64,000 nucleotides of DNA from a virus. Position numbers and translations under genes: made by a program. Location: positions 303,636-367,635 of IMG/VR virus record IMGVR_UViG_3300042868_005134. One strand, written 5' to 3'. Each line of letters opens with the position of its first letter. The stretch's first letter is position 1. The notes beneath the pieces were generated by a model. That model saw nothing but the letters and a program-made list of their open reading frames with translations, searched no databases and was not told the origin of the DNA. Shown here one piece after another: positions 21,838 through 31,556 of the stretch.

Positions 21838-22860
21838 TTCTTTAGCCCTGTTAGCTAGTGTAAAACTAGCTAAGTTTTTGCCCTTAGATTCGCACATAAT
21901 ATCATGTGTGTCTAAAAAGCTCAAAGCCCAATCATTAACACTACTATTCCAGTAGAAGTTAGAGTGGGCTCTGAGCTTTTGTCTTTTATAACCAGATTCA
22001 ATTAACTGTTTAAAGTCGGGCATAGTTTTGTCACAGTGATCAACAAGGCAATCTTCCCTACTCACGCTATAATGAATAACAGGCCGGACACCGCGCCAGC
22101 TGTCAATTATGCGTAATACTCTATCATCGGAGGGTTGAATGTAACCTCCAGTATTGATCCAGTTATGGTGTATATCAAGCACAAGGGCGCAGTGATTGAC
22201 AAGTTCGAGACTGCTATCAACTCCCCAGGACATTTCGTCGTTTTCAATTGTGATAACGTTTCTTGCTTCGGGGGTAAGTCGTCCGAGTACATCTTTAATG
22301 CCTTGGGGACCTTTTCGACCCGAAATGTGTACGTTGACTTTAAAGTCCTGGAACGACTTACCGTATCCCATCCACCGGGCCATATCCACATGATATTCAA
22401 ACTCCTCTATACTTCTATTTACAATATCTGGAGTATCACTAGCAAGCACAGTAAACTGACCAGGGTGCATAGACAGGCGAACACCCATCTTGCGAGACAG
22501 ATCTCCCACGATTCGAAATTCTCTTTCGCAATAGGCTCTAACGTCGCTAGTCCGCCAAAACCAAGCCCAATCACACTGAGTGTACACAGGCAGGATATCG
22601 CTGCTGAGTCGTACCATTCTAAGATTTTCATCAAGTGTTCCTACACGTTCAACAAGTTTGCGGATACTTTCGATGTTACCTTTCATGAGGTCCCACAGCT
22701 TTTCTACTGCCACATCCTTGTGCTGTCTATTTAACCAAGAAACTGTAGTGCTACCTGTGTTAAAGATTTTACAGTCATCCTTGGGTTTAATGCCGTTAAC
22801 TTGCTCGGGACGATCAATCCATTTACAAGCAAAACCAATACGCTTAATCATATTAACCAA
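21823..22860 (-). CDS. uvdE: UV-damage endonuclease (UvdE/Uve1 family)
   Basis: It shows family-like motifs LRMVRLSSDILP, SMHPGQFTVL and ITIENDE. Its length of 345 aa fits the family. Confidence 0.65.
   Translation of the reverse strand: MVNMIKRIGFACKWIDRPEQVNGIKPKDDCKIFNTGSTTVSWLNRQHKDVAVEKLWDLMKGNIESIRKLVERVGTLDENLRMVRLSSDILPVYTQCDWAWFWRTSDVRAYCEREFRIVGDLSRKMGVRLSMHPGQFTVLASDTPDIVNRSIEEFEYHVDMARWMGYGKSFQDFKVNVHISGRKGPQGIKDVLGRLTPEARNVITIENDEMSWGVDSSLELVNHCALVLDIHHNWINTGGYIQPSDDRVLRIIDSWRGVRPVIHYSVSREDCLVDHCDKTMPDFKQLIESGYKRQKLRAHSNFYWNSSVNDWALSFLDTHDIMCESKGKNLASFTLANRAKELDLL
21851..21880 (+). terminator. Rho-independent terminator for the plus-strand island
   Basis: The sequence TTAGCTAG-TGTAAAA-CTAGCTAA forms a hairpin followed by GTTTTTG. 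Confidence 0.5.
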
Positions 22861-22920
22861 TCAAAAAAATAGACATAGTGTATTGTAACATCTATGTCTA
22901 TTAAAAGCAATCACATTGGA

Positions 22921-23475
22921 TTATTCAAACAAGTTTTCATTCCATTCTCTATGACCTTCTCGGAAAGCCATATTGCTTTGTGTCTCACGCACTTCAACAC
23001 GATAACACCACAGCCGCTTGCTTTCGCCTTCACCCCACATCTCAGGAATGTAAACTCCGTTAACGTATTTGTAAAGCATATCGCTAAGACCTTCACAGCC
23101 TAGTTTTGGAAGAACAACAATTTTAGCCATGTTACGTTCTTGTAGCAGTTTGAATGTAGCCATTTCTGGATCATCTTGCGCCACAATAAGTGTATGATCA
23201 AATTGGTCTTCTAGGATCTTTTTAAGTTCTTTTAAACCACCATAGTCTGCCGCCCAATTACGAACGTCGAGATCATTAGTTCCAAAATAAAACTTCATAC
23301 TAAACGAGTAACCGTGAATTAAATTACAGTGACTGTCAGATCGCCATTGGCGATAAGCGCAAGGGAATGAGTCGTGATACTCTTTTGTGCTTGTGTACTT
23401 ATACAACACCGGTTTAGTGTTTTCTAAGTTGTCTTCTAAGTGACGAATTAAGTCACTGGTTGATGATATTGCCAT
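22921..23475 (-). CDS. queD: 6-pyruvoyl-tetrahydropterin synthase / QueD family protein
   Basis: It has the diagnostic 'SDSHCNLIHGYSF' motif (Cx5HGH). Its length of 184 aa fits the family. Confidence 0.65.
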   Translation of the reverse strand: MAISSTSDLIRHLEDNLENTKPVLYKYTSTKEYHDSFPCAYRQWRSDSHCNLIHGYSFSMKFYFGTNDLDVRNWAADYGGLKELKKILEDQFDHTLIVAQDDPEMATFKLLQERNMAKIVVLPKLGCEGLSDMLYKYVNGVYIPEMWGEGESKRLWCYRVEVRETQSNMAFREGHREWNENLFE

Positions 23476-23555
23476 TATATTCTCCTATGTTAAATTATAG
23501 CATAGGCGGCAGAGTTTGTAAAGCGGGAGTGACGCCAAGACCGCTAGACTAATAT

Positions 23556-24122
23556 TTATTGTTTGCGTTCCCACACCCAATATAATCGTTCATTTCGCTG
23601 ATTTTCAAATTCCACAACAGGTTGCGTATATAGTTCTAAACCATATAATTTACCTGCTTCTATTATATCAGCTAAGTTCCATATATAAAATATGTCAGCT
23701 ATGCCTTGCTTTCGACTGGCCAAGCTGGCTAGTGTCCTACATCGCATAAACAATCGTCCGTTAACCTTAAGCCATTTACTAATGATACTTAATTGATTAA
23801 ATGTATGAACTTTGTTGCCAAAATGTAAACTACCTAACGCAACTATTGCATCCGCAGATTCTGGCTCAAAATGAACAGTTTCTATATCTGCTTGTAAGTC
23901 AGCGGTAGGATAAGGTAGTCGATCAAACCCTATAAGATTTTTAACATGCGGTTTTAACTGATTGAAACCGCATCCAACATCGATCACTAACAACGGACTC
24001 ATCGAATTTAACTCTTTAGCAAGGGTAAATAGCGTTCGACGATGATCTGGATTCGTAGGACTACCCGGCGGATTATTGATATCCGGCAGATAAGTCTTAT
24101 CAATCTTATCTTGCAATGACAT
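23556..24122 (-). CDS. Small class I SAM-dependent methyltransferase
   Basis: It contains 'LLVIDVGCGFNQL', matching methyltransferase motif I. It is a paralogue of the gene at 26513–27052. Confidence 0.6.
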   Translation of the reverse strand: MSLQDKIDKTYLPDINNPPGSPTNPDHRRTLFTLAKELNSMSPLLVIDVGCGFNQLKPHVKNLIGFDRLPYPTADLQADIETVHFEPESADAIVALGSLHFGNKVHTFNQLSIISKWLKVNGRLFMRCRTLASLASRKQGIADIFYIWNLADIIEAGKLYGLELYTQPVVEFENQRNERLYWVWERKQ

Positions 24123-25300
24123 TAACCTACCTTAAGCAACATAGTTTCTTCGTTAAGACGACCATTCATCATGGTGTCTGTAGCATTGATTTCATCCAAG
24201 AACTTTCGAAGCGCAATCTTACCAGCTGCCTTAAACTCTTTGAGTTTTTCTTCCGGCTTTCGCAGTGTCTTACAAATGCTCTTGATTTGATCAAAGCCTG
24301 TGATTGTGGTTCCTTTAACACCGAGAGTATTAAATTCTGAGGCAACATACTTGCCCAATTTACGGCTCTTGGTATTATAGACCCACAATTCGCCTGCGCC
24401 GATAATGTCCACAGGGTTAACACTAACCAACTTTAAGGGTTCGTTAGTTTTCATGTACTTGAGCTTGGCAACGACCTTGCTGGTGTCTGTTGGCTTTTTG
24501 GCACGAGGCTTTTTGTTCACCTTGGCTTCTTGCATCAACATAGTACAGGCAGTTTGTACTTCAGTCAAAAACTGAATAAAGTTTTTAATCTGTTTGCGGC
24601 TACGATGCTTGTAGCCTTCTTTCAATTGTTCGTCGGCATTACCGCTGGCAAGTTCTTCAAGCTCTGCTAAGTCACGGGCATAAAAGTCTTTAATGATACG
24701 GGCATGTGCTGCCTTGGCCTGCTGACTCTTCAACAAGTTTAGAACCTTAAATGCTTTTGGATCAAATGCGTCAGGATCAGTTTGAAAGCTTTCGTAGGCG
24801 TTTTCAATTTCTTCAGTCATTTTATATGCGGCATCTCGCACCCGTTCCTGAATCGAAGGAACATATACATTAGTCTTGACTGCTTGCGCCGCAACCGCAT
24901 CTTCGTCGATATCGTTCTTGCCTTCGTCGATAACTTTGGCAATTTCTTTACCTAACCAAGTGGCAGTATCGCGGCCATTGTTGAAGTCCGGTCGTGTGCT
25001 TTGCATACCACGAAGTAGGCAAGAGGCAATTGAACCCACTGTCAATGAGCAACGATTGTCTTTGGTTTTCTTAAAACTAGCAATGGTCTTTTTGTCGTAG
25101 CCGTTTTTACCCATCCAGTCAATAACTTTGCCTTTGAGTTCTTTACTGCTAGACTCCATACGGTAGTAGGCCATAGAGCTGTGAAAATAGCGAAGAAATT
25201 GATTTTCGTCCCACGCCTCACAACCAACCCAACTAGGACTGTAATCGCGTTTGGCTTTTTCGCGGATTGCGATAGATGCTTTTTTAAGGTTAGTTGCCAT
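24122..25300 (-). CDS. Hypothetical protein (392 aa)
   Basis: It is a long ORF with a charged, Lys-rich composition. No motif was recognised. Confidence 0.55.
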   Translation of the reverse strand: MATNLKKASIAIREKAKRDYSPSWVGCEAWDENQFLRYFHSSMAYYRMESSSKELKGKVIDWMGKNGYDKKTIASFKKTKDNRCSLTVGSIASCLLRGMQSTRPDFNNGRDTATWLGKEIAKVIDEGKNDIDEDAVAAQAVKTNVYVPSIQERVRDAAYKMTEEIENAYESFQTDPDAFDPKAFKVLNLLKSQQAKAAHARIIKDFYARDLAELEELASGNADEQLKEGYKHRSRKQIKNFIQFLTEVQTACTMLMQEAKVNKKPRAKKPTDTSKVVAKLKYMKTNEPLKLVSVNPVDIIGAGELWVYNTKSRKLGKYVASEFNTLGVKGTTITGFDQIKSICKTLRKPEEKLKEFKAAGKIALRKFLDEINATDTMMNGRLNEETMLLKVG

Positions 25301-25419
25301 ACTTGCTCCAATGTGTTAAACAATATGTATATTATACAGTCAATTTATCTAGAAGTCAAGGCTTTTTTAGCCAAAAGAAAACCCGCCTGTTTAGCTATGC
25401 CAAAGTGAGGTGGGCCAAA

Positions 25420-25665
25420 TTATTTCTTTTTAGCGTCTGCTGGAGGTGCCTCTTTTGGTTTTTCAACTTTGGGCATTTCTTTTGAAGGCTTTTTACATTC
25501 AGTTTTGTCAGCATTGGCTTTGTCCTTACAATCAATCTTTGCTGATTTTGGAACTCTAGCTTCTACTGTTTTATTACCAACTTTGATGTCTTTGGTTTCT
25601 TCTTTGGCTTGAACCGGACTGGCAAGAACTAATGCCAAACCCATAACAAAAATAATATTCTTCAT
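25420..25665 (-). CDS. Small secreted Lys-rich protein
   Basis: The N-terminal signal peptide is MKNIIFVMGLALVLASPVQA. The mature part is highly charged and Lys-rich. Confidence 0.55.
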   Translation of the reverse strand: MKNIIFVMGLALVLASPVQAKEETKDIKVGNKTVEARVPKSAKIDCKDKANADKTECKKPSKEMPKVEKPKEAPPADAKKK

Positions 25666-25686
25666 GTTTATCTCCTACGTAACTAT

Positions 25687-25977
25687 TTATCGTTGATAGC
25701 AGGTACGTTCACGAAGGATAGTACCATCTTGTTGTTGGACTTCTCTCCAAGAACTACACACCGTTTGTTGTTGTAAAATAATGGGTTGTTGTTCTATTAC
25801 AACAGGTTGAGGAGTTGGTCGTGTTAGCACATAAGTAACTACACCTCCAATAATAGCAGGTGCCATCCAATTGTTGGCACTGCCATGCCAGTGATGATGT
25901 CTTAGGCCGTGTCCATGATGCTGTGCCATGGCAGGAACAGAAATCATCAACATTAAAGCTAACATAAATTTTTTCAT
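25687..25977 (-). CDS. Small secreted His-rich protein, a possible metal binder
   Basis: The signal peptide is MKKFMLALMLMISVPAMAQ. It is followed by HHGHGLRHHHWHG. Confidence 0.55.
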   Translation of the reverse strand: MKKFMLALMLMISVPAMAQHHGHGLRHHHWHGSANNWMAPAIIGGVVTYVLTRPTPQPVVIEQQPIILQQQTVCSSWREVQQQDGTILRERTCYQR

Positions 25978-26019
25978 ACCGAACTCCTAAACTAATATTT
26001 ATTCTAGAAGTTTGGGGTG

Positions 26020-26259
26020 TTACCCCCAAACTTCGTAGTACTTCTTCATTGCTAACTGTCTAGCTAGCCATAATCTAAACTTTACATGATCTGATAGTTC
26101 ATCATCTTGAACTAACTTACCAAACTCTGCACTTCGTCGATTACGACCAAAAGTGACCTCATCGTCTATTATGAGGTCACTGTGTTCTAGATCAAAATTA
26201 CTTTGCTGGAACAGCAGGCTTTGCGTCTGCTTTAGATGCGTCTTTCTTAGCAGGCTCAC
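26020..26259 (-). CDS. Hypothetical protein (79 aa)
   Basis: It is an ORF only. It overlaps the next ORF by about 60 nt, so one of the two start codons may be misplaced. Confidence 0.35.
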   Translation of the reverse strand: MSLLRKTHLKQTQSLLFQQSNFDLEHSDLIIDDEVTFGRNRRSAEFGKLVQDDELSDHVKFRLWLARQLAMKKYYEVWG

Positions 26260-26419
26260 TTTTTGCAGGCTTCTTTTCGTCCTTCTTAACTTCTTTCTTT
26301 GCTTCTACTTTAGCTGGAGCACTTACGGCAGCGGCAGGAGCAGCCGGCGCCTTAGCTGGCTCAGCGGCGAATACAGTTGCGGCAAACATTGTTGCGATTA
26401 GAGTTGCGATCAATTTCAT
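26198..26419 (-). CDS. Small secreted Ala/Lys/Pro-rich protein. The likely start is the internal ATG at 26419.
   Basis: An RBS (AAAAAGGAAAC) precedes MKLIATLIATMFAATVFA, which reads as a signal peptide. The rest is (A/P/K)-rich low-complexity sequence. Confidence 0.5.
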   Translation of the reverse strand: MKLIATLIATMFAATVFAAEPAKAPAAPAAAVSAPAKVEAKKEVKKDEKKPAKSEPAKKDASKADAKPAVPAK

Positions 26420-26512
26420 TATAAAGTTTCCTTTTTGTTTAATATACAGAAAACTATCTGTATACATATATAACGCCTTAGCCTAACAAACAGTTGACAC
26501 AGATTAATAAAA

Positions 26513-27052
26513 TTATTTTAAATTCCATTCTGCATATAATCTTCGAGGAGTATCAAAACAACATTCAATTAATACAGCATTAAATTTATCTGCTAATCGA
26601 ACATGCTCATTGATAGTCCATGGATAAAAATTAATATTTTTACATTCTTCGTTGGCATGATCGTGAAGGCCTGGGTTACAACGCCAATAGATCCGTGCGT
26701 TAGGTTTTAATAAAGATATCACTTTGGCAATTTGCCGTTCGATATCATTGACTGTTCCAAAATTAATACTACCTAGGCAGAAAGCAACATCAAATCTATC
26801 GTCTGTTTGGAACTCTTCGATTGTACATTTAAAGTCGGCTTGATCAAACGCAGGGTCTACTCCTACAATATGTGGTATAAGATTTTTAAACGGATTTGTG
26901 CCACACCCCACGTCAATTACACGTTCACCTGGTTTAATTTTATCAGCTAACGATAGTCCTGTTTTATCATATTTGTCTAAACGACTGTCTGTTTTATACC
27001 AAATTGTGCTAAAATAATTATTAAGATATTCTTGATTAACTTTTATGTCCAT
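26513..27052 (-). CDS. Small class I SAM-dependent methyltransferase (paralogue)
   Basis: It contains 'RVIDVGCGTNPF', matching methyltransferase motif I. The downstream 'VDPAFD...DVAFCLGSINFG' region is similar to the protein at 23556–24122. Confidence 0.6.
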   Translation of the reverse strand: MDIKVNQEYLNNYFSTIWYKTDSRLDKYDKTGLSLADKIKPGERVIDVGCGTNPFKNLIPHIVGVDPAFDQADFKCTIEEFQTDDRFDVAFCLGSINFGTVNDIERQIAKVISLLKPNARIYWRCNPGLHDHANEECKNINFYPWTINEHVRLADKFNAVLIECCFDTPRRLYAEWNLK

Positions 27053-27879
27053 AACGAGTCTCTTGCCTTAATAAGGCGAATCATCATGGCTTCGTCCTCT
27101 TTTTCGTAGTCAGCTTCAATCTTTTGTAGAAGCTTGTGAGTTTTATTACTTAGTTTTTCTAGTTCGGGAGTTTTCTTGCTGCCGAACAATTTACCACCAT
27201 TCAGTTCTCGACTCCGTTCACAGTACTCAGTCCAACCACTTGCGTCATATGGATCGGGACGATTTGGATAGACAGTAGTCCACCATGTGTAAAGCTCTTT
27301 GATTTCTTTCGCACGTATGGCCTGTCCAGTTGGCTTGTTGTAGTCAGGATGATCTGGCCCACACCAATCGCTGTTGGTCAATGTCATTGCCCAATCTAAG
27401 TGATCAAGGCCTGCTTGTGGGCAACGCCAGACCCGCCAACGGAACCAACCACTAGCCCAAAATGGAGGATCGTATTTTGCGCGAGCTTCTTTATCACCCC
27501 AAGCAATGTGACTCCACGCTGATTCTATCTCAACAAAATCAACCAGCTCATTGAATAAGCAAGGCAAAAAGCGGTTCCCCACGTCCTGCCATTGACCAGG
27601 CTTAATATCCCGGGCATGAGCGGTAAGACTATGAGTGCGACTAACCCAACGGTTGTTAATGTAGTACTTGATATCATAAATTTTCCTTATAGGCCATGTT
27701 ACAAAATCTTGGATATGCCCGAGTGCTTCTTCCGCCAACCAATAGCGGAAGTTATGTTTCATTTGGGCCGCAGTTGTCCATTCGTCCCATTCCTCGCTAG
27801 TCCCGGCGCCGAGTTTTTTAGTGCCGCGAATCCAGTCTGCGAACGGAGTACAACTCCAGTAACGTGTGTGTTGTGCCAT
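27043..27879 (-). CDS. Hypothetical Trp-rich protein (278 aa)
   Basis: It is a long ORF in the gene array. No motif was recognised. Confidence 0.5.
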   Translation of the reverse strand: MAQHTRYWSCTPFADWIRGTKKLGAGTSEEWDEWTTAAQMKHNFRYWLAEEALGHIQDFVTWPIRKIYDIKYYINNRWVSRTHSLTAHARDIKPGQWQDVGNRFLPCLFNELVDFVEIESAWSHIAWGDKEARAKYDPPFWASGWFRWRVWRCPQAGLDHLDWAMTLTNSDWCGPDHPDYNKPTGQAIRAKEIKELYTWWTTVYPNRPDPYDASGWTEYCERSRELNGGKLFGSKKTPELEKLSNKTHKLLQKIEADYEKEDEAMMIRLIKARDSLWT

Positions 27880-28554
27880 TTAGTCCTTCTTTACGCCAAA
27901 CAGTTGTAATAGATTGATGAATAGATTGATGAAATCCATATAGAGTGTTAGAGCTCCGATTACTTCTTCACGACCTGTGTTGTCATAACTAACCAATTCA
28001 CGAATACGTTGTGTATCATAGGCAGTCAATCCCAAGAAGATAATAATTGCCAAAGCACTAATAACCATTTGCATCACTGTACTGCCAATAAAGATATTAA
28101 TGATGCTGGCAATGATAATGGCAATTAAACCAATAATCATAAATTGTCCAACTCCAGATAGATCTCGTTTGGTAAAGTAGCCATACCCACTCATAACGCC
28201 AAAAAGTACACCAGCACCCATAAAGGCACTTACAATACTACCCATAGTATAAATGGCAAAAATTGTGGCAAAACTCAGACCCATCAAGGCCGCAAAGCCG
28301 TGTAAAAATAGCTGTAGCCCACTCTTGCTAAGTCGTTCACTAGCAAATGTAAAGGCAAAAATTGCTACCAGTGGGGCAAAGATTACAATCCATTTCAATA
28401 CGCCTGTAAAGAAAAATGCCAGTAGTTCAGGACTGGATCCTACAAAGTAACTAACAATCATGCTAGTTATAACAGCCAAGCTCATGTGACCGTAGACACG
28501 TCCCATTGCTGAATTAATCTCGCTTGCTGAGCGGTACATTGATGTTGTGTACAT
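27880..28554 (-). CDS. Bax-inhibitor-1 / YccA family membrane protein
   Basis: It has seven hydrophobic segments. The C-terminus 'ALTLYMDFINLFINLLQLFG' matches the YccA/BI-1 consensus. Confidence 0.7.
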   Translation of the reverse strand: MYTTSMYRSASEINSAMGRVYGHMSLAVITSMIVSYFVGSSPELLAFFFTGVLKWIVIFAPLVAIFAFTFASERLSKSGLQLFLHGFAALMGLSFATIFAIYTMGSIVSAFMGAGVLFGVMSGYGYFTKRDLSGVGQFMIIGLIAIIIASIINIFIGSTVMQMVISALAIIIFLGLTAYDTQRIRELVSYDNTGREEVIGALTLYMDFINLFINLLQLFGVKKD

Positions 28555-28583
28555 AAGTTTCTCCTTGTGTGTACTATATTTAA

Positions 28584-28808
28584 TTATCTTAGTGCGTCCA
28601 TGGTAAGTTCTTTACCATGGACATGTGCTACAGGTTTAAGCCATCCATACTCAATACATTCAGCAAGAACTTTTGCGTAATTTGTAGGACACTTTTCACT
28701 GATTTCAAATCCTGCTCTAGGGCATATCATTAGACCGTCCTGAAGCATAAACTTAGGGTCACCCTGACGTATGGTTCGAATATTAGTTGTTCTAGCACTT
28801 ATCTTCAC
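28584..28808 (-). CDS. Hypothetical protein (74 aa)
   Basis: It is an ORF positioned between two confident genes. Confidence 0.4.
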   Translation of the reverse strand: MKISARTTNIRTIRQGDPKFMLQDGLMICPRAGFEISEKCPTNYAKVLAECIEYGWLKPVAHVHGKELTMDALR

Positions 28809-30127
28809 AGTTTCTCTCCTACTTCAAATCCTCTGAACCGTAGGAACCGTGGAAATCGCAAACTGTATGTTCCGTCTTGGTTTTGTGTGACTGCGTCTGC
28901 TCGCACTTCCACGATCTGACCAAGTAAGGAATCACGTGAACTCCAATAACTATCACGATCACTATCACTAAAACCACTGCCAACATTGACTTGAATAGTT
29001 TTTCCGTCATCGACTCCCTGGCATACAATCGCTCCAAGTCGTCCAATATTTTTTCCTGTGCCTTCTTCAACATCGATTACCTCTAAACTTACTTCGATAA
29101 ACGGCTTCAGCTTGAGCCATGCTACACTGCGTTTACACTTATATCCAGCATCAGCATCTTTAAGCATGATGCCTTCGTAGCCGCCCTTGATAGCCAATGC
29201 GTTAATCTCTTTGTAACGCTTTTGTCCTGCTTCAGTATCCAAGTCCACAGTTTCCTGTGCCACAACTGTTATGTTGGGAATTTTATCTTCCCAAGTTCCA
29301 TGCCAAACTTTGAGCAACATACTGCGTTCTGATTGTGTGCGGCCACACACGCCTGTTTCAAAATCTTCAAGCGGAATAATGTCAAACAAGTTAAGCACCG
29401 CATCGTTGGCTTGAGCACTGCTCTTGCGATGAATCTGTTTCATCAAGTCTTGAAACGAGCCACTCATAATCTCACCGTCAAAAACAGTAGGCTGACTGAT
29501 GCCACCTTCTGCCGCTACAGCTTCAAACTGTGCCTTAACGTGCGGAAAGTTTACAAGTTCCTTGCCATTACGACTAAACTGATCCACGCGACCATCGGGA
29601 TACACAATAGTGATGACACGCACTCCGTCTAACTTAACTTCGATAATTTTTTTGCCTGTAACTTTTGCTTCGTGATTAGCACTATCGTGAGCAAGCTGAC
29701 AGCTAAACACAGGAACAGCATATTGCGGGTACTGTTTTTCTACAACTTTGTTAACTGTGTTTTCACTAAATCCGGCTCGCATGTCTTTAATAAGAATTCT
29801 GCGATACCATCCGTTCCATTCGGCCTTAGTGGCCGTCTTCATCATGTTCGCAACAGTGTCACGAGCAAGGTTGCCTGTGAATGAGCGATTGACAAAGCCA
29901 GTAATAATGAGACTAAAACTATCCCAATCCAAGCCAACACCATCTTCATCTTTTTTCTCCGGAATTTGTTTAAGCCCAAATGTAATCATGGAATCGTAGC
30001 AAAGGCGCAAACCTTCAAAAAATTCTTGATTACCTGCTTCCGCTTGAGCTTGAATAATAGCTTCTTTATTCAAACGGCTAGGATGGTCCTCCAAAGAGGA
30101 AATAACGCTGTAACATGGGTCTGACAT
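28805..30127 (-). CDS. ATP-dependent DNA ligase
   Basis: It has the nucleotidyltransferase motif I 'VKLDGVR'. Downstream segments resemble an adenylation domain and an OB fold. Its length is 440 aa. Confidence 0.7.
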   Translation of the reverse strand: MSDPCYSVISSLEDHPSRLNKEAIIQAQAEAGNQEFFEGLRLCYDSMITFGLKQIPEKKDEDGVGLDWDSFSLIITGFVNRSFTGNLARDTVANMMKTATKAEWNGWYRRILIKDMRAGFSENTVNKVVEKQYPQYAVPVFSCQLAHDSANHEAKVTGKKIIEVKLDGVRVITIVYPDGRVDQFSRNGKELVNFPHVKAQFEAVAAEGGISQPTVFDGEIMSGSFQDLMKQIHRKSSAQANDAVLNLFDIIPLEDFETGVCGRTQSERSMLLKVWHGTWEDKIPNITVVAQETVDLDTEAGQKRYKEINALAIKGGYEGIMLKDADAGYKCKRSVAWLKLKPFIEVSLEVIDVEEGTGKNIGRLGAIVCQGVDDGKTIQVNVGSGFSDSDRDSYWSSRDSLLGQIVEVRADAVTQNQDGTYSLRFPRFLRFRGFEVGEKL

Positions 30128-30174
30128 TTGGGCTCCTATATCTTTTACAATACAAGTATTATAGCATCGAACGG

Positions 30175-30906
30175 TCAGTAGGTCAAGTGATTTGTTGTTC
30201 GAAATGGTTTACCAATTTGGGCGTAGGGCAAGTTTCGAATTATTTTCTTTTTCATGGAGCGTATGACAGGATGGTTATGATTCCAATCAAACGTCTTTAA
30301 ATACTTATGATAGCTGGATTTTTTGGCACGTTTTGCCAAATTGCTGTCTAAATATCGTTTGGCTGCGTCAAAATCGTCGCCAAATTTATCGTACAATTCA
30401 CAGGCAATGTTAAAACTAAATGCGCCCATTTCGTCTTTGTGCCCGTAATACTCTTGCTCTTTGCGATCTCTCGCATAATAGGCTGTGCTTTCGTAACCTG
30501 GAATATCTTTAAATGTTCTAGTACGATATTGCCTCACGTGTATTATTTCGTGTAGCATGGTATCCGCAAACAATTTACACATTCTATCCCATCTGCTGTC
30601 CGATAGTTTGATGGTAGCATTGGTATCTTTATAACTAAACGTTATTTCAACATGCCGACGATTTTCAACATCATTATCAGAATAATATGCGCCGCCAATA
30701 TAGACCAGCCCTTTTTCGTGAGTGAGATCCCGTTTCAAGGTAACTTTAATGGGTAAGTGCCATTTGATATGCGCTGCCAATAACTTTTGTAAGTCTTTGA
30801 TGGCGATACGGCGCCCCACAACAGAGGGCTTCAATTCGTATAGCATAGTATACAAATTGGTTCTGTCCAATACTGACCAGTTAAATGGTTTCCTATTCAT
30901 TGCCAT
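30175..30906 (-). CDS. HExxH zinc-metallopeptidase-like protein (paralogue 1 of 3)
   Basis: It has 'MLHEIIHVRQY' and a downstream 'DEMGAFSFNIA' element. The same arrangement occurs in the proteins at 36991–37653 and 46887–47288. Confidence 0.55.
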   Translation of the reverse strand: MAMNRKPFNWSVLDRTNLYTMLYELKPSVVGRRIAIKDLQKLLAAHIKWHLPIKVTLKRDLTHEKGLVYIGGAYYSDNDVENRRHVEITFSYKDTNATIKLSDSRWDRMCKLFADTMLHEIIHVRQYRTRTFKDIPGYESTAYYARDRKEQEYYGHKDEMGAFSFNIACELYDKFGDDFDAAKRYLDSNLAKRAKKSSYHKYLKTFDWNHNHPVIRSMKKKIIRNLPYAQIGKPFRTTNHLTY

Positions 30907-30957
30907 TCCCCTATAACATATTTATATTATACAGGGAATACCAATTAACTGCGTAGT

Positions 30958-31548
30958 TTACGGACGTTTTGTTATGATTTCGTCAATCAATCCATAATCC
31001 AGTGCTTCTTGTGCGCTCATAAACTTGTCACGTTCCATATCAGCACTAAATTGAGCAAAGGTTTTACCTTTACTATTGTGGGCAACATAGATTCCGGTTA
31101 GCTCTTTTTTCATTTTCAAAATCTCTTCCACTTGAATCTGCATATCTGTAGCTTGTCCACGGGCGCCGCCACTGGGCTGATGAATCATGTGTCTAGCAAA
31201 CGGCAACATCTTACGCTTGCCTTTCGCACCCGCTGTGGCTAGCAAACTGCCCATACTACAGGCCTGCCCCATAACCACAGTACAAACATCGGGTTTGATA
31301 AACTGCATTGTGTCGTAGATGGCCAAGCCCGCCGTAACTACACCCCCAGGGCTGTTGATAAAGAATGTGATATCTTCATTACCTTGGCTTTCCAAAAACA
31401 GCAACTGAGCCACTAGTAAACTGGCACTATGCTCATTCACGTCCGTGTCTAGCATCACAATACGATCTTTAAGTAGTCGACTATAAATGTCGTAACTGCG
31501 TTCTCCTCGAGCTTCTTGCTCGATTACCATAGGCACTAAATTAGGCAT
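30958..31548 (-). CDS. clpP: ATP-dependent Clp protease proteolytic subunit ClpP
   Basis: The full-length alignment matches ClpP-like motifs: 'GQACSMGS' (Ser), 'HQPSGG' (His), and the 'RIVMLD...INSPGG' core. Confidence 0.85.
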   Translation of the reverse strand: MPNLVPMVIEQEARGERSYDIYSRLLKDRIVMLDTDVNEHSASLLVAQLLFLESQGNEDITFFINSPGGVVTAGLAIYDTMQFIKPDVCTVVMGQACSMGSLLATAGAKGKRKMLPFARHMIHQPSGGARGQATDMQIQVEEILKMKKELTGIYVAHNSKGKTFAQFSADMERDKFMSAQEALDYGLIDEIITKRP

Positions 31549-31556
31549 TTGTTTCC

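Noticed and set aside
28805-30127. Alternative call of the ligase as an RNA ligase
   Set aside because: The KxDGxR motif and downstream architecture fit ATP-dependent DNA ligases better than Rnl1 or Rnl2. I kept the DNA ligase call but note it in the tRNA-repair finding.
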